A stretch of DNA of 64,000 nt from Lama glama (Eukaryota): positions 42,658,001 through 42,722,000 of the forward strand of contig CM052817.1 of NCBI GenBank assembly GCA_028534125.1. The letters run 5' to 3'. Of this stretch, positions 1 through 12,169 are shown piece after piece. The notes below the pieces were generated by a model that saw nothing but the letters and a program-made list of their open reading frames with translations, had not been told where the DNA came from and made no database searches. Positions within the stretch are counted from its first letter, which is position 1, and each line of letters begins with the position of its first letter. Both the position numbers and the translations under genes were made by a program.

Positions 1-1715
1 TTTAAGCACTAGGGTAATCAAATAAATCTTCTGACACTTTTTCTTTCAAAGGTTCTTATCACTCAGGATATGGAAAATAACTTTCCTTTAAATAAGAATA
101 GAGTATAAATACCTATCTATGTAGCCTCTGCCTTCACAGAAGTATTGAAGTTTCAGAAACTGGAATCTGAACACTTGCATAGGACTAGATACACATGAAA
201 GTTCCCTCTGTTGGGCAAACACGAGATAATACTATCAAAATTGCCACTTAATGACAAAATAAGTGCATTCAGAAAACTGAAAGAGAAATATAGGAGAATA
301 AACTTATAGAAATTATATTAAGAATGTGATTACTAGTGAGAGTGGTATTACATGGGCAACAACCAATCAGAATCTTGCATTTGAGCGGTACATTTTGTTC
401 CACAAACAATGAATGTCTTCTGTCAGCAGGTACTCTAATAGGTACTGGGATATACAACTTTTCAGGTATTATTATAGTAGAGGTGTTATTCCAGGAGGTC
501 CCATGACAACCTTCTTTATAAAATAGCCAGTCTCTTATTTCATGAAACTTATAAAGAGAGTGACCAATCTTCCCATCATGAAATGGCTGAAAATTTGGGG
601 GGAGAATGGGAAGGTTGTAAAGAAATTAGAGTAACAAGATACAAATCAATCTATGTATCAAAAAAGGATGAGAGGTGCTAGCTTTAGAGATTTAAAAAGC
701 ACTAAGTACATATCAAAATAATTTACAAATGTTTTTATTTGAGAAAAGCTATGATGGACCTATAGCTATTTTTAAAGTGATTTAGGATCATTCATATAAT
801 GCAAAAATGATATAAAACGTAAAATTTTTCTTTGAAATAGTATGTTCTGAAATTAAACAGAAATGTAATCAGTTTCAAATTCCAAACAAAAATAATAGAC
901 TTTAGCATTCTAAGGAGTCTAAGAGCAGAAGAAACCAGACTGGAACAAAGGTGAGGGGAGAGACTGGCCAATCTAAGCAATATACAGCAATGTAGTGATG
1001 ACTGAAGTATGACTTTGAAAACTCTCTAGTATGAACACAGTACTGAGATGTGTATGCGGCTTTGGTGAACTTAAGATATCCACAAATATGATAAAATTAA
1101 GTTTATAAGATCATATTAAGTCATATTAAGACAGTAAAATTCTTGGGTACACAACCCAAAACTCATGAATAGGGGTTTTTTTCCCCAATTAAATGGTGGT
1201 TCCAAAATGCAAAGTATATAAATTAAATTATTAGAACAAATTTTAAATATAACAGTTTTGTTATTCTAACAAAATGGATTTAAAATTTCTCTTTAATCTC
1301 TTACCTTTCAGATTTTTTTCTTTTCAGAAGGAAAAATAGTTTTGAATTTGTCATTTCTTCTTCAGATGCCAAATTAAGAAAGCTATCCTTCGGATTTCTA
1401 AACAGAAAACTTTTGAACACAAAGGACAGGCATATTGCTTTATTTGTAAACTTTTTGCAAAGACTTCCTATAACACTTTCTTTACTATAAAGACATTTTA
1501 AACTAAGATAAATCCAAATTTGTAAATCAGTAACCAGACACTCCTTGATTCCCTGGTTAGTTGAATATTCAAGCTTTCAATACAATTGCTCATGTGTTGA
1601 TAACCTCTGGGATCTCTTCCATCTCCACCAATAATGCATAATGGGTACAAAATCTTTTAGACAAGTGAAGGTTCCTGTATTTCATGCTTTTTCTCTACCT
1701 ATATATTTTGTAAAT

Positions 1716-2345
1716 TGCGGGGGGCCACTCATGACCTGAGGACTGCCGAGCACAGAGGTTGGGCCTAAACTCCCACAGTGCAGGGCCTCAGGCTCTGAGA
1801 TTGATCTCTCAAGGACAATCTCTGTCCCGCCACCCCTTTGAGGAATGTGCCAGATGCATTAAGGCCTGAAGGAACATCCTGAGCTATCAAGTCACTAAGG
1901 ACCTTTGGAAGGAGAGATACAATCCGCATGCAAGTTAGTGATCTTAGCCTGAAGAACAATCACCTGAGATAATAGCACATGAGTCACGATGTTAGCTTAG
2001 AGGAACAATGCCTTAGTTTATCATCTTGGTTCCAGGAACTCTTAATCTTAGTTTTACGAGAACTGTAAACAATAATGATGTCTGTAACAATATACAAGTT
2101 AATGATTTTAGTACACGTTGTTAATGTGCCTTAACATTAACATTGCCTGCGTGCAGGAATGTATGAGCTAATGGGTTAAAATCATATAAATTAACTGCAA
2201 GAAATAAACTCGTGGTCCACTCTTGACCTAGCGTCTTGCGGGCTAGAGTGAGACCCTCTCAACCCCACCTTTTAGTCTTGTCTTCTTTTCTCAGTCCTGC
2301 AGCACAGGTTTTCTGGACCTGATCGATTGTCGGCTGGCTCCGACA
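1716..2345 (+). promoter_or_regulatory. 5' LTR (630 bp) of the ERV
   Basis: TG...CA termini, ending 2 nt before the PBS; TATAAA 2185-2190 closely followed by AATAAA 2203-2208 (short-R arrangement); CT-rich U5. Confidence 0.92.
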
Positions 2346-2347
2346 AG

Positions 2348-2365
2348 TGGCGCCCGAACAGGGAC
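2348..2365 (+). other. Primer binding site, tRNA-Lys3
   Basis: TGGCGCCCGAACAGGGAC, the canonical 18-nt Lys3 PBS used by MMTV and HIV-1. Confidence 0.95.
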
Positions 2366-2468
2366 ATGAAATCTGGAGGAGTTTGCTGCAGTGACCGCCG
2401 CGGAGAAAAACAGGGAGTGCTCGATTTTAAGGTGAAAGTAAGTTTCCGCGGGGAGTGTATTTGAGAGT

Positions 2469-3201
2469 ATGGGGCAAAATAATAGTAGAGGCTTATTTGT
2501 ACAGATGCTTAGAGTTATGTTAAAAGAAAGAGGAATTCAGGTTACAAAACAACGTTTAGAACAATTTCTTGTTTTTGTAGAAGAAATTTGTCCTTGGTTT
2601 CCAGAACAAGGTACTGTTAATTTAGAAACTTGGAAGGTTGTTGGAGTTCGTTTGAGAGATTATTATACGGCTAATGGCCCAAATAAATTACCGGCCACTG
2701 TTTTGCCCTTATGGCAGTTAATTCGAGATTGCCTCGATCCAGCTACTGAGGGAGAGAAATTAGATACAGTCAAGATAGAAAATATTGAGCCTTCCGCTCC
2801 TACTAATTCAGAATTGAAAGAAGCGCCCTCTGCTCCTCCTGCAGTAAATGCAAGTGACAATCCTTTTGATTCAGAATTAGATCCAGCTGATCAAGAGGAA
2901 TTGGAGGAACAGGCTGCTCGCTATCATAAGGATGAAGACCCTTGGGGCGTCTTTTTTGAAGAAAATAAAACCTTTGACATGTCTAAATTTAGAGATATTG
3001 TTACGGAATGTGTTCAACAAAACATTCCTAAAAAAGATCAAAAAAAACCCACCTATGACTTCCTCTCCTCCTCCTAGTTACACATCTCGAGAAGAGAGGA
3101 CATCAAAATTTGTTGTTTTAAGTCCTTTACAAAAGGCGTTACAACAAGCTTGCAAAGAAGAACATATTCCTGGTTTTTCCTTGGTTTATCCAGTCCTTGA
3201 G
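2469..3201 (+). pseudogene. gag: Truncated betaretroviral gag: matrix, acidic late-domain region and first residues of capsid; open for 202 codons (2469-3077)
   Basis: MGQ myristoylation start; betaretroviral matrix-like CPWFPEQGTVNLETWKVVG; two PSAP motifs; a +1 shift at the A8 run (3040-3047) continues into PPPSY...LVYPVLE; nothing of CA/NC/pro/pol/env follows. Confidence 0.9.
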
Positions 3202-3293
3202 AGATCAACCTCAGAGCCTGACGCCCTGCACTGTGGGAGTTTAGGCCCAACCTCTGTGCTCGGCAGTCCTCAGGTCATGAGTGGCCCCCCGCA
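3193..3293 (-). repeat. Inverted copy of the first 101 bp of the LTR (U3 end)
   Basis: Reverse complement matches 1716-1816 at 99/101 positions (differences at LTR positions 1787 and 1800). Confidence 0.97.
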
Positions 3294-4166
3294 GTAAATC
3301 TGCTAATTTTTCCAGAAATACATGACAAGTGACATATAACAATAGTGACAGCACTTCAGATTAATTTGTTACAAATCTTCATCACTACTAAATTCACAAG
3401 ATGTAAATGACTAAGTATATATAATGCTCACTCACTTTCCTTCTTAATTTTTGCTTTCATTTTATTACATTTTCCACTGATTTGGTGGTGTCATTATAAG
3501 CCAGATCCTTCACTTTAGACAGATGAATTTAAACAGATATATTTGCTGAGGATGCATTTTTGTAACTGTGTAAGTTGGACTGAGATATGTGATAAAAAAT
3601 AAATAAAACTTAAAAATAATTTAATTGACAGTTGTATGCAACAACTATTACTTTATTGCAGGATCGGTTGCTTGTTTCATTACATATTACCAAATAAGCT
3701 GAGGACATTAAAAACTTACATGTCTTAAAAGATTTCCTTCTTTATTATTCCAAATATTTAATTTAGAAATTAAACACTTTTTAGGAATAAACTATGAACT
3801 CAAAAGTAGAATTATTTCTTATCCTTTCTTTTTTGCTCTGATTTCCAGAAACTCTAGAAATTTGCTTTTAATCACAGATGAAATAGACTTGGCTGCACTT
3901 TTAATAGAAACTGTTGTTTTACAAGAAGTAAACTATTTTCAACTGTGAATTTCACATAAATTTAATTTTTCACTTTATTTTGAGTGAACAGATGATAATT
4001 TAGTAGCAGATTTTTGCCCCAAAAGCAAATTTTTAAGTGTATTTCACCTCTTTCATGCTTTTTAAATTATTTGGTATTTTTAATCCCAATTATAAATTCC
4101 TTATGCTTTTATTTATTTTTTTCCACTATTGAATTTTTGTTTGAGACAAGATAATGTCTTATCCTT

Positions 4167-4235
4167 AAGGTGGCCATATGTTTCAATTTTCCAGGGACAG
4201 TCCCAGATTATATATGTTGTAGAGGCATCCACGTA
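4167..4235. mobile_element. hAT-Blackjack-type DNA transposon end
   Basis: AGGGTGGCCATATG...CCAGGGACAGTCCCAG resembles Blackjack/MER81/MER94-family termini. Confidence 0.4.
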
Positions 4236-4759
4236 GATTAGCATTTTTCCTGACTTTAATATTTTTTAAAATAAGTATTGTTACTAATAGATACATAAAA
4301 TGAAGCAAGATGGCTTATACCTTCCACCTAATTCTAGCTCTCAGCATGACAGTTTGTGAGAAGCAGATGAAACAACATTGTGGTTCAGTCCAAAGGTGAT
4401 CAAGAGTAACCAGAATCTCCAATATTTTCCATCTGCAATAGAGCAAACAGCTCCCTTTCAAGGACAGCATACTGAGTGAGCACTCACAGAAAAATGGAGT
4501 TTAAATGGAAACTCTAACAACTAGGGACAGCTAATGCCTTCTGGTCTTGGATGGTAGTGGGAAAAGTATTTGACATGGCTGCACCAGATGTTCATGTAAG
4601 GTTCCATCCAATTGTACTGTGGTTCATATCACAGCCTGGAAGACGCATGAAGCTATCAGGTCTTTAGTGGGTGAGATCAGAGGAAAGGTACAAGTTAGTT
4701 GTGCCTGTAACTACAGTGTGTATAGGAAGAAGCTGAATCAGTTTGTTGTTGAGTATATG

Positions 4760-4948
4760 GCTATTCTGCCCAATAGATAGTCACTGATTATTTAAATTTA
4801 AATTAATTAAAATTAAATAAATTTAAAATTCAGTATCTCATTCACACTAGCCCCATTCCAAGGGCCACATTTGACTAAAGACTTACAGTAATGGGCAGTG
4901 TGGGTACAGAACATTGCCATCACTGTCCAAATTTCTATTGAACAACAT
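4760..4948 (+). mobile_element. MER3 (hAT-Charlie) non-autonomous DNA transposon
   Basis: TTTAAATTTAAATTAATTAAAATTAAATAAA...TTCAG core and ...TTCTATTGAACA end match the recalled MER3 consensus. Confidence 0.75.
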
Positions 4949-5509
4949 GGATATAGTGTGTACCCTTTGCCACAGTAGTTTTGTAACTATTGTAAGTCAA
5001 ATCTACAAGTACTCTTTTTTATTTTTTGGTAAGTATTTGTATTCTGTATTAAACTCTTTGGCAGTAATAAACTCAATAAAATCAGAATGTATTGTAAAGA
5101 AAACTCAAGAAATACATCTCTCTTTCTAAGAAAGGTAGATAATGATCACATAACTTTCACAAAAAAATTGTTAACATTTGTCATTCACCTTGGGAGCCAC
5201 GACAATATCACTGACCCCTGAAAACCATAAGAAACAAATTTTGTGAGAAGTACTGTTAGTAGTCACTTTTAAAATAATACATCTGAAGACTCTAACATAT
5301 GTAGCTGCAAAAGTTGAATTTCATACAACTTTATTCAGCATGATTTTTCATTTAGGTTAAACAGCTGTGTCTAAACTAACGTAGCTCATTTTCAATTTTA
5401 AGTTTTCATCTATACATACTAAAAGTGAAGAGTGGTTCCAATCGCAGAAGAATTCTGCAAACAGGTAAATGATGCCAGGGCCTGAATTAGTCCATTTAAT
5501 GCATGTATT

Positions 5510-6615
5510 AGTAATTCATTTATTTTTACTGGTAAGTAGTCATCTATATGCCACAATTTGTTTATTTATTTGCCTAGTGTTGAACATTTGTGTTGCTTCC
5601 CAATTTTGGGCTTCCTGAATAAGAATATTCTTATACAAATCTTTTGTACACACGTTTTTACATTTCTTCAGTAAATATCTAAAAGTGAGCTGCAATGTCA
5701 TAGGGCGGATGTGTTGTACCATTTGACACTGTCAATATATGACAGCTCCAGGCTCCCACGTTTGTAACAACATTTAGTATTGGTGTTCTGGAGGGTGCAA
5801 TGTAGTATCTCATTGTGAATTCACATTTCTTTGATGAATGATAATACTGAGCACTTTTTCATTTATTGGTTATTTGTATATCTTCTCTGTAAATGTGTGT
5901 TCAAGTTTTCTGCTCATTTTTTATTTGAATTTTTATTGTTGACTTAGAGAAGTTCTTTATATTCTGAATATGAGACCTTTTCCTTCTGGTATAATTTGAT
6001 AAACATAAGTTTTTAACTGTAATAAAGCTTAATTTAACTTTTTTCTTCCATAGTTTGTGCTTTTTGTGTCTTCACCGAGAAATGTTCGCCAGTGCAGAGG
6101 TTGTAAATATCTTACATTATGTTTTCTTCTAGAAGTTTCATGATTCTCAATTTACATTGAAGTCTATGATCCATTTCAAATGACTTCATGTGTGTGTGTG
6201 TTTAAAGAGTGACAGAGGGGTCATCCATACAGATGTCTAATTGTTCCAGCAGCATTTGTTAAAAAGACCTCTCTTTTCTGATTGAAATTCTCTTTGCATT
6301 TTTTTCAAAAATCGATTAATCCTGTATCTGTGCATCTATTCTGAAACCTTCCATTTTGTTCCATTTATTTACTTATCCATCTGTATGCCAAAATCACACT
6401 CTATTCTTCTAGCTTTATATTAAATCTTGAAATCAGGTAGTGGAAGTCTTCATTTAAAACTGGTCATTCCACATACTTTCTATCTCCACATAAATGTTAG
6501 AAATAGCTTCTCTATTTCTTCAAAATAACTTACAGGAACCTATACATTAATTCTGGGGAAAATAACCATATTGAGCCATTCAATGTATGAATGGGATGTA
6601 TCTCTCTATTTATTT
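5510..6615 (-). mobile_element. Old L1 (L1M-class) ORF2/3' fragment
   Basis: T-rich antisense L1 motifs (CTAATTGTTCCAGCAGCATTTGTTAAAAAGAC; TAGCTTTATATTAAATCTTGAAATCAGGTAG). Confidence 0.8.
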
Positions 6616-6764
6616 AGAAACCAACGGTAACTAGTGTAGAACTTACGCTGCTATGTATACACTGCCTTCAGCCTTTTTTCCACAGGGAGATGTAAACCCT
6701 TGCCGGCAATAACCCACAACTACAGCACAACGACTAGTCCATAGTTAACACTTAATTAGCACAA

Positions 6765-6960
6765 ACTCCTTGGTTAAGCTCCAAACTTCACCACTTGTTA
6801 TCTGAATCTCTTTGGGCAAATTACTTAAACTTTCTGTGTTCTGGTTTTCACATCTGTAAAATGAGATAATGAAAGCCTCATAAAGTTGCTTTGAGGATTA
6901 AATGAATAATCCACATAAAGCTCTTAGAATACTGTCTGACGCAGAATAAGCCTATAGCAC
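6765..6960 (+). mobile_element. MIR SINE
   Basis: MIR core TTGGGCAAATTACTTAAACTTTCTGTG...CATCTGTAAAATGAGATAAT. Confidence 0.85.
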
Positions 6961-9624
6961 ATGATAGATGCTATTCTTCCTAATACTTTCATTGTAAGTA
7001 TGACAATTACTCAATACTTAATCCTTCTTTCAGTTTATAGCTGTTGCAACATTTTAGCCATCCTAGAGATATTTATCTCAGGAATCTCAAAAATTGCCAA
7101 AAAGATATTCCTTAATACATCAGTGATAACTGCTTTAGATTTGTTTTCATTATGTCTTATTTTCTTAAAAGCAATGAAGTAACTGTTTTCAAAAGCTCTC
7201 TCAGGATCTCACATTAAAAAAATGATCATTTAAAACCATAATTCACGTTTCTTGCTTTCCAGTCATTGCTAAAACAAAATCCTTCTTTTGATGTATTAAA
7301 TGCAGCGAAGCAAGGCATTTTGTTAGAATCTTGCATCAGATCCACTGGATCAGAAATATTTCCTCTTGTAAGTCACATGGCCTCAATGAGGCCCATTCAG
7401 CTTGGGATAAGACAATATCCATGCTAATAGGGTAGAGAGTAATAGACGCAAAAACATTGGGAAGAAATGACGAACATCTGAAAAGTTGCCAAAACCAAAA
7501 ATCCTGCCTTGAGTAAAGAGAAACCAGTGAATTTGTAAACACAGAAGTTGTCAACATTACTCCATACTGCTTTGTAAATTGTAAAATGCCTGTGAGGAAG
7601 CTGTGCCAAAAGCAAGCATTTCAAAGTAACAGTTTACATTGTGTCTCTCCATGCATTGACTGTATTTAGTGTTATCATGCAAGTACGTATCCCAGAAATA
7701 CCAGTGGGCTAGATTCTCCCAGCTGTACATCTCCCTATGTGAAATAGCTTATATTTTTTTTTTGGTCAGGGTACTTCAAGGAGAACATTATGAAAAATGA
7801 TCATCCAAGTAAGTCGAATGACAGCATGTCTACTAAAGGATGCATGATGGAAGTGAGGAATTTTCCAAAGGGTTCATCACATTTTTCAGAAAAAAGGAAT
7901 TTAGAAGACTGCTTTCAAAAAAAAAAAAAAGGCAGAACTCTAAACATTTACTTGTGGATGTGTGAGAATTCCTTTTTATCAGATCTGTTTAATATAGGTA
8001 ATTCCACATGAGATTACGTCTGACGTACATTTCCCTATGAGTTTTAATGTCTTAATGTGCTCAGTGGAAAAAAGATTCACACAGGACATCTGAAGTCTTA
8101 CTCCCAGTGCTATTCTGCACTGAACTTGAACAAGTTGCTAGAACTTCTCTGAGACTCCATTAATTCATTTTATACAGTAAGAACAATAATGTTTCCCTTA
8201 GCATCTTCATAAAGTAATCATGAGTTTTGGTCAAAAAGTGCAGACATGTGAAAAGCAAGAAATATAGATACAAAAACATTTCATTCCTTGCACCTAGAAG
8301 GTGTGGAGCCTGCTTCCACACCTAGACATAGTAACCACTCAATAAATATCTGCCAATAAATAATTTACTACTAGCATTTGAGGAAAAAATGAAGTGAAAT
8401 TACTTCTATGTTGTGCTGTCTGATGATATTTTGGCAAAGTCAATGAAACAGTGGAGCAATTATGTAAATATAATGCAGGCCGCAAAGTGAAATCATCCAA
8501 AAAAGGAGTTTTCTGCCTTTGGATTAACTTTTCTGCATGGATTTAATCTGCAATAACTTGACAAGCCATTTTACTTTTTCAATGACTATAAGATCAATAT
8601 AACTGTGACACAGATGACAAGAAATTTGCTCTAACATAATAAGGCCAGAATTAATCTCTCCCAATGGATTACAGAATCAGTTAACAAACAAGTATCAACA
8701 AAGAAGCAAGACTGAGATCAGTCATCCTAGTGTCAGACAGATGAAAATATAACAGAGCAGAACTAGGAAGTCAGTAGACAGACAGTGGGGCAAAAAGCAA
8801 CTGGTTGACTGCCTCTAGCAAAAATTCCAAAATACAGTGAGAACAAGTAGAACATTCACCAAGCAGGGTAGGCAGCTGATGGTGATTTAATTATAGATTC
8901 TCATAGCTATGATCACCTGGGCAAACAGCAGCAGTTAAATAAAAATGAAATGCGGTAACTAGATGTTCTGACCAGGAAACACAACTCCTGTAAGATGTGG
9001 GGACAATATGGGGGCCAAGTGAATGAAAACATGAAAGCATGCAGCAAGGAAGCCTCTAAATGAGGCCCAAGAGAGTAACCCACCCTAGGAGACCCTAGGA
9101 GAATGGGACCAAAATTCACTACTGAACTGATTCAAGGATGGCCCTTGCACCACTGCCAAGACCACCTTATTGTATCCTTTCAGTGCAGGCCAGGGTTGGG
9201 CCTGGGGCCGAGGAGAAGCAAGGACCACAGAGGAGAGTTAGCCCACATGCTAAGAACAGAATGCCACAGGCCATTAATTACATGGTCTTCCCCGAATCAT
9301 TTCCAAAAAAGAGAACTTGCACAAGAGCCTGGCTACAACAGAATGATGAGGCCAGAACAGGAAAATTAGAATGAGTTTTCTCTCAAATACAGGTGGAAAA
9401 ATCAGGAATAAATATCTTCTAATAGGTAAATTTTTAAATTATTCATTTTTCTAAATTTTATTCTGAAGAATAAAAACAAGTCTACTAGAATCTAGTAATG
9501 ACAACCATATTTTCAGATACTGCAAAGCATAATCAATAACATATTAATTGACTACTTATACCATAGAAATGTATTTTTAATTCATCCATCCAGTGAAGGT
9601 TAATTAAATGTCTCTGGAAAGCAT

Positions 9625-9905
9625 TTAATTAGATGACTAAGAACATGGGCTCTGGAACCAGACTGCCTGGGTTCCAATATAAGCTCCTCAATCATGTGAC
9701 CCTGAACAAGTCACATAACTTCTCTGTGCCTCAGTTTCTTATCTATAAAAAGAAGATAATAATAATATTTACCTCAAATTATAATAATATAATGATATAT
9801 GTTTTATAATAATTATATTAATATATGTTGTTACATATTGTTATATGTATAATACATATAAGGTACTTAGAATAGTGCTTACCACATAGTAAGCATATTA
9901 TGTGT
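9625..9905 (+). mobile_element. MIR SINE with internal AT-rich expansion
   Basis: GGCTCTGGAACCAGACTGCCTGGGTTC...CTCTGTGCCTCAGTTTC core. Confidence 0.85.
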
Positions 9906-9976
9906 TGATTAACATTGTTGTTATTAATGTATCTGCCATATATTCAAGAAATATATTGAGTCTCCAATAGGCTAGA

Positions 9977-10230
9977 TGTTACAGGCAGGATTCTGAAAGA
10001 CAGACACTGAGACAGTGCTTGCTGTGTCAGATGTTTACCCAACATAGCTGGAAAAGACGGAGGAAGAAACAGAATTGGGCAGAGGGAGAAGCTGAATTTC
10101 ATTGCACGTCCAACAAAGCCCTGGCCAACGTAAAGGGGAGCTCTGAAACATACCAGTCCATGAAAACTGTTTCACCATGAGCTGAAATGGTCAGACCTTT
10201 ATGCCTCAACTGTGACCAGTCAATAGTTGG
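9977..10230. mobile_element. Old MaLR/ERVL-type LTR fragment
   Basis: Degenerate similarity to old MLT1-type LTR motifs (CAGACACTGAGACAG; GAATTGGGCAGAGGGAGAAGCTGAA). Confidence 0.5.
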
Positions 10231-10727
10231 GGAAACAAGTCCTTATTTAAAGAGAAATCTTGACAGCGCATCTCCAAGACCAACACACTAGGTGATGAAC
10301 AAATCAAAATGGAACATTTGATCTCAAATGACTCATAGCTAATGGAACAGTCATTCAATACAATATGAAACTTCAATAGAAATAGGTACAAGAATACACA
10401 ATACATATAAGGGCAACCTTCTTAATTTTCTTAGCCTGTGTATGATAAGACATAAAAACTATATCACTTTCATACACACTGTTAATAGATACTCTACAAA
10501 ATAATTTCAAATATTAATCATTTATCCAATAAATGTTGACTACCCCTCTAATGTAAAAAAGTACTACGGGGAGGCTACACGAGATAAAAAGTTGTACATG
10601 AAACCATTCCTTCAGTCAGGGAGATGAAGATCTATCAGGAAAAATAAAACATCTAACCATTTGCAATACAAGGTTGATTGTAAGTGCCATCCTAATAGTA
10701 CAATGGCTGATTACTGACTGACTAGGA

Positions 10728-10902
10728 TGGTGTTTCCCAGACTTCCCTGAGCATAAAATTCTCCTGGAGCCTTTGTTAAATTGTTAGGCACTAATCCAAA
10801 ACACTGAGAGGGAATCACTGAAGAAGAAACAAGGAACCTACACTTTAGCCAGCTTCCAGCACTCTAATGATTCTTATGACCAGTCAAGTTTAGGAAGCAC
10901 TG
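10728..10902. mobile_element. MER5-family hAT MITE
   Basis: Imperfect inverted termini GTGTTTCCCAGACTT / AAGTTTAGGAAGCACTG with a MER5-like interior. Confidence 0.6.
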
Positions 10903-10969
10903 GTGTCATAGGAACATCACTTTAAAATATGTGTCTTGGTGTATCATTGGCTGACTTAGTGACTTGGGC

Positions 10970-11310
10970 ACAGCCCTGTCCCTAAGATTATGGGAGCAAA
11001 GGCAAAAGAACAAATGTAGGCCTTATGCCATACATCTAAATATTTAAAGTTATAAATCAAATTAACAAAATGTTAAATAAAATGTGATCTACTCTATTCT
11101 ACTTTGACAATAAATATTATAACAACCTACAAGGTTCAAATTTAGAATTCTCAGACTCCTCAGATTTTCCTCTGGAGCATGGAGGCGTGGGGAAAACAGA
11201 TCTCTGGATCCCAGCCCACAGCCCCTCTCTTCCCATCCCTAACTGCTGTCCAAATGTGAGGGGCCTCAAGTCACAGGTGTAGACTCTTGGTCCATGTTCA
11301 TGCAGCTCCA
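10970..11310 (+). mobile_element. MER115-like (hAT-Tip100/Zaphod) DNA transposon
   Basis: CTAAATATTTAAAGTTATAAATCAA...GGTTCAAATTTAGAATTCTCAGACTCCTC matches the recalled consensus. Confidence 0.7.
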
Positions 11311-11319
11311 TGAAATACC

Positions 11320-11425
11320 TGATGTAGGTGTGATTATCTGCATTTTATGGAAGAGGAAGTTGAGGCTCAAACTTGTGAAATAACGTACCTAAGTTCACAC
11401 ATCTAGGATCTTTGGAGCCAGAGCC
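11320..11425 (-). mobile_element. MIR fragment
   Basis: CATTTTATGGAAGAGGAAGTTGAGGCTCA antisense MIR core. Confidence 0.65.
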
Positions 11426-12169
11426 ACAAAGCAAAAAAAGGAGGAAGAGGGAAAAAAATACGGTCAATCGTCCTCATTTTTCTCATTCTTTCACTTTCCT
11501 ACCTCCTTGCTGAAAACAGCATTTATGTTTTATTACTTACTGTTTTTCTCAAATTCTTGGAGAAAAATGTAAAGAAAAAGAAATAATATTTTTAAGATTT
11601 CTAAATGAATACTAGGCAAGTGGCTGTGGACTATCAGGAAACTATAGAGATGCCAAAGAAATTGGGTCAGAAATACGCCTGATTAACAATGGGTAGGGGG
11701 TTGTGCCACAGGAGCCATATTTGCCCTGAAGTTTCAATAGTGATGTGATTACAAATCAGAATCCTTGAATTGAATTGATATAACATCAAAATATTTGGGT
11801 AGTGCTTTGAATATCTGGCAATATATACTGTAAGGAATTAATCTCTATCTCACGTGAACTCTTTCAATACTTCATCTTCACTGCTGTTCTGCACTTAACA
11901 CTTTCTACCTTGTTCTAGCTTGTAAATTAGTTAACTCTCTGCTTGCTACATTGTTCTTCCTTGACCACCTAACCTTGAAAGGAAGATTTATGTCTTATTT
12001 ATCCTTGAACATCCCAGCACTTAGCCCTTTACCTTGTAAGTAACATTTAAATAACAATTAAGTGTTGAATAAAACCTAGGATAATTCTTTCCACACACAC
12101 AAAAAATTTTCAGAGATATGAAATGCCAACTCATTTCCAAACACTATGTTATATAATTATAATACAGCA

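Larger units (their letters stand above)
1716..3293 (+). mobile_element. Rearranged class II (betaretrovirus-like, ERVK-type) endogenous retrovirus: LTR-PBS-gag fragment-inverted U3 end
   Basis: Starts TG (1716) and ends CA (3293); GTAAAT direct repeat at 1710-1715 and 3294-3299 (6-bp TSD); contains an LTR, a Lys3 PBS and a betaretroviral-type Gag N-terminus. Confidence 0.95.

Noticed and set aside
1716..3293. DNA transposon/MITE reading of the element with 101-bp terminal inverted repeats
   Set aside because: The repeats are the U3 end of a retroviral LTR, and the interior is LTR, PBS and gag with no transposase; the TG...CA ends and 6-bp TSD fit retroviral integrase.
2932..3297. 121-aa ORF as a separate gene
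   Set aside because: It is the frameshifted continuation of gag fused to antisense LTR sequence.
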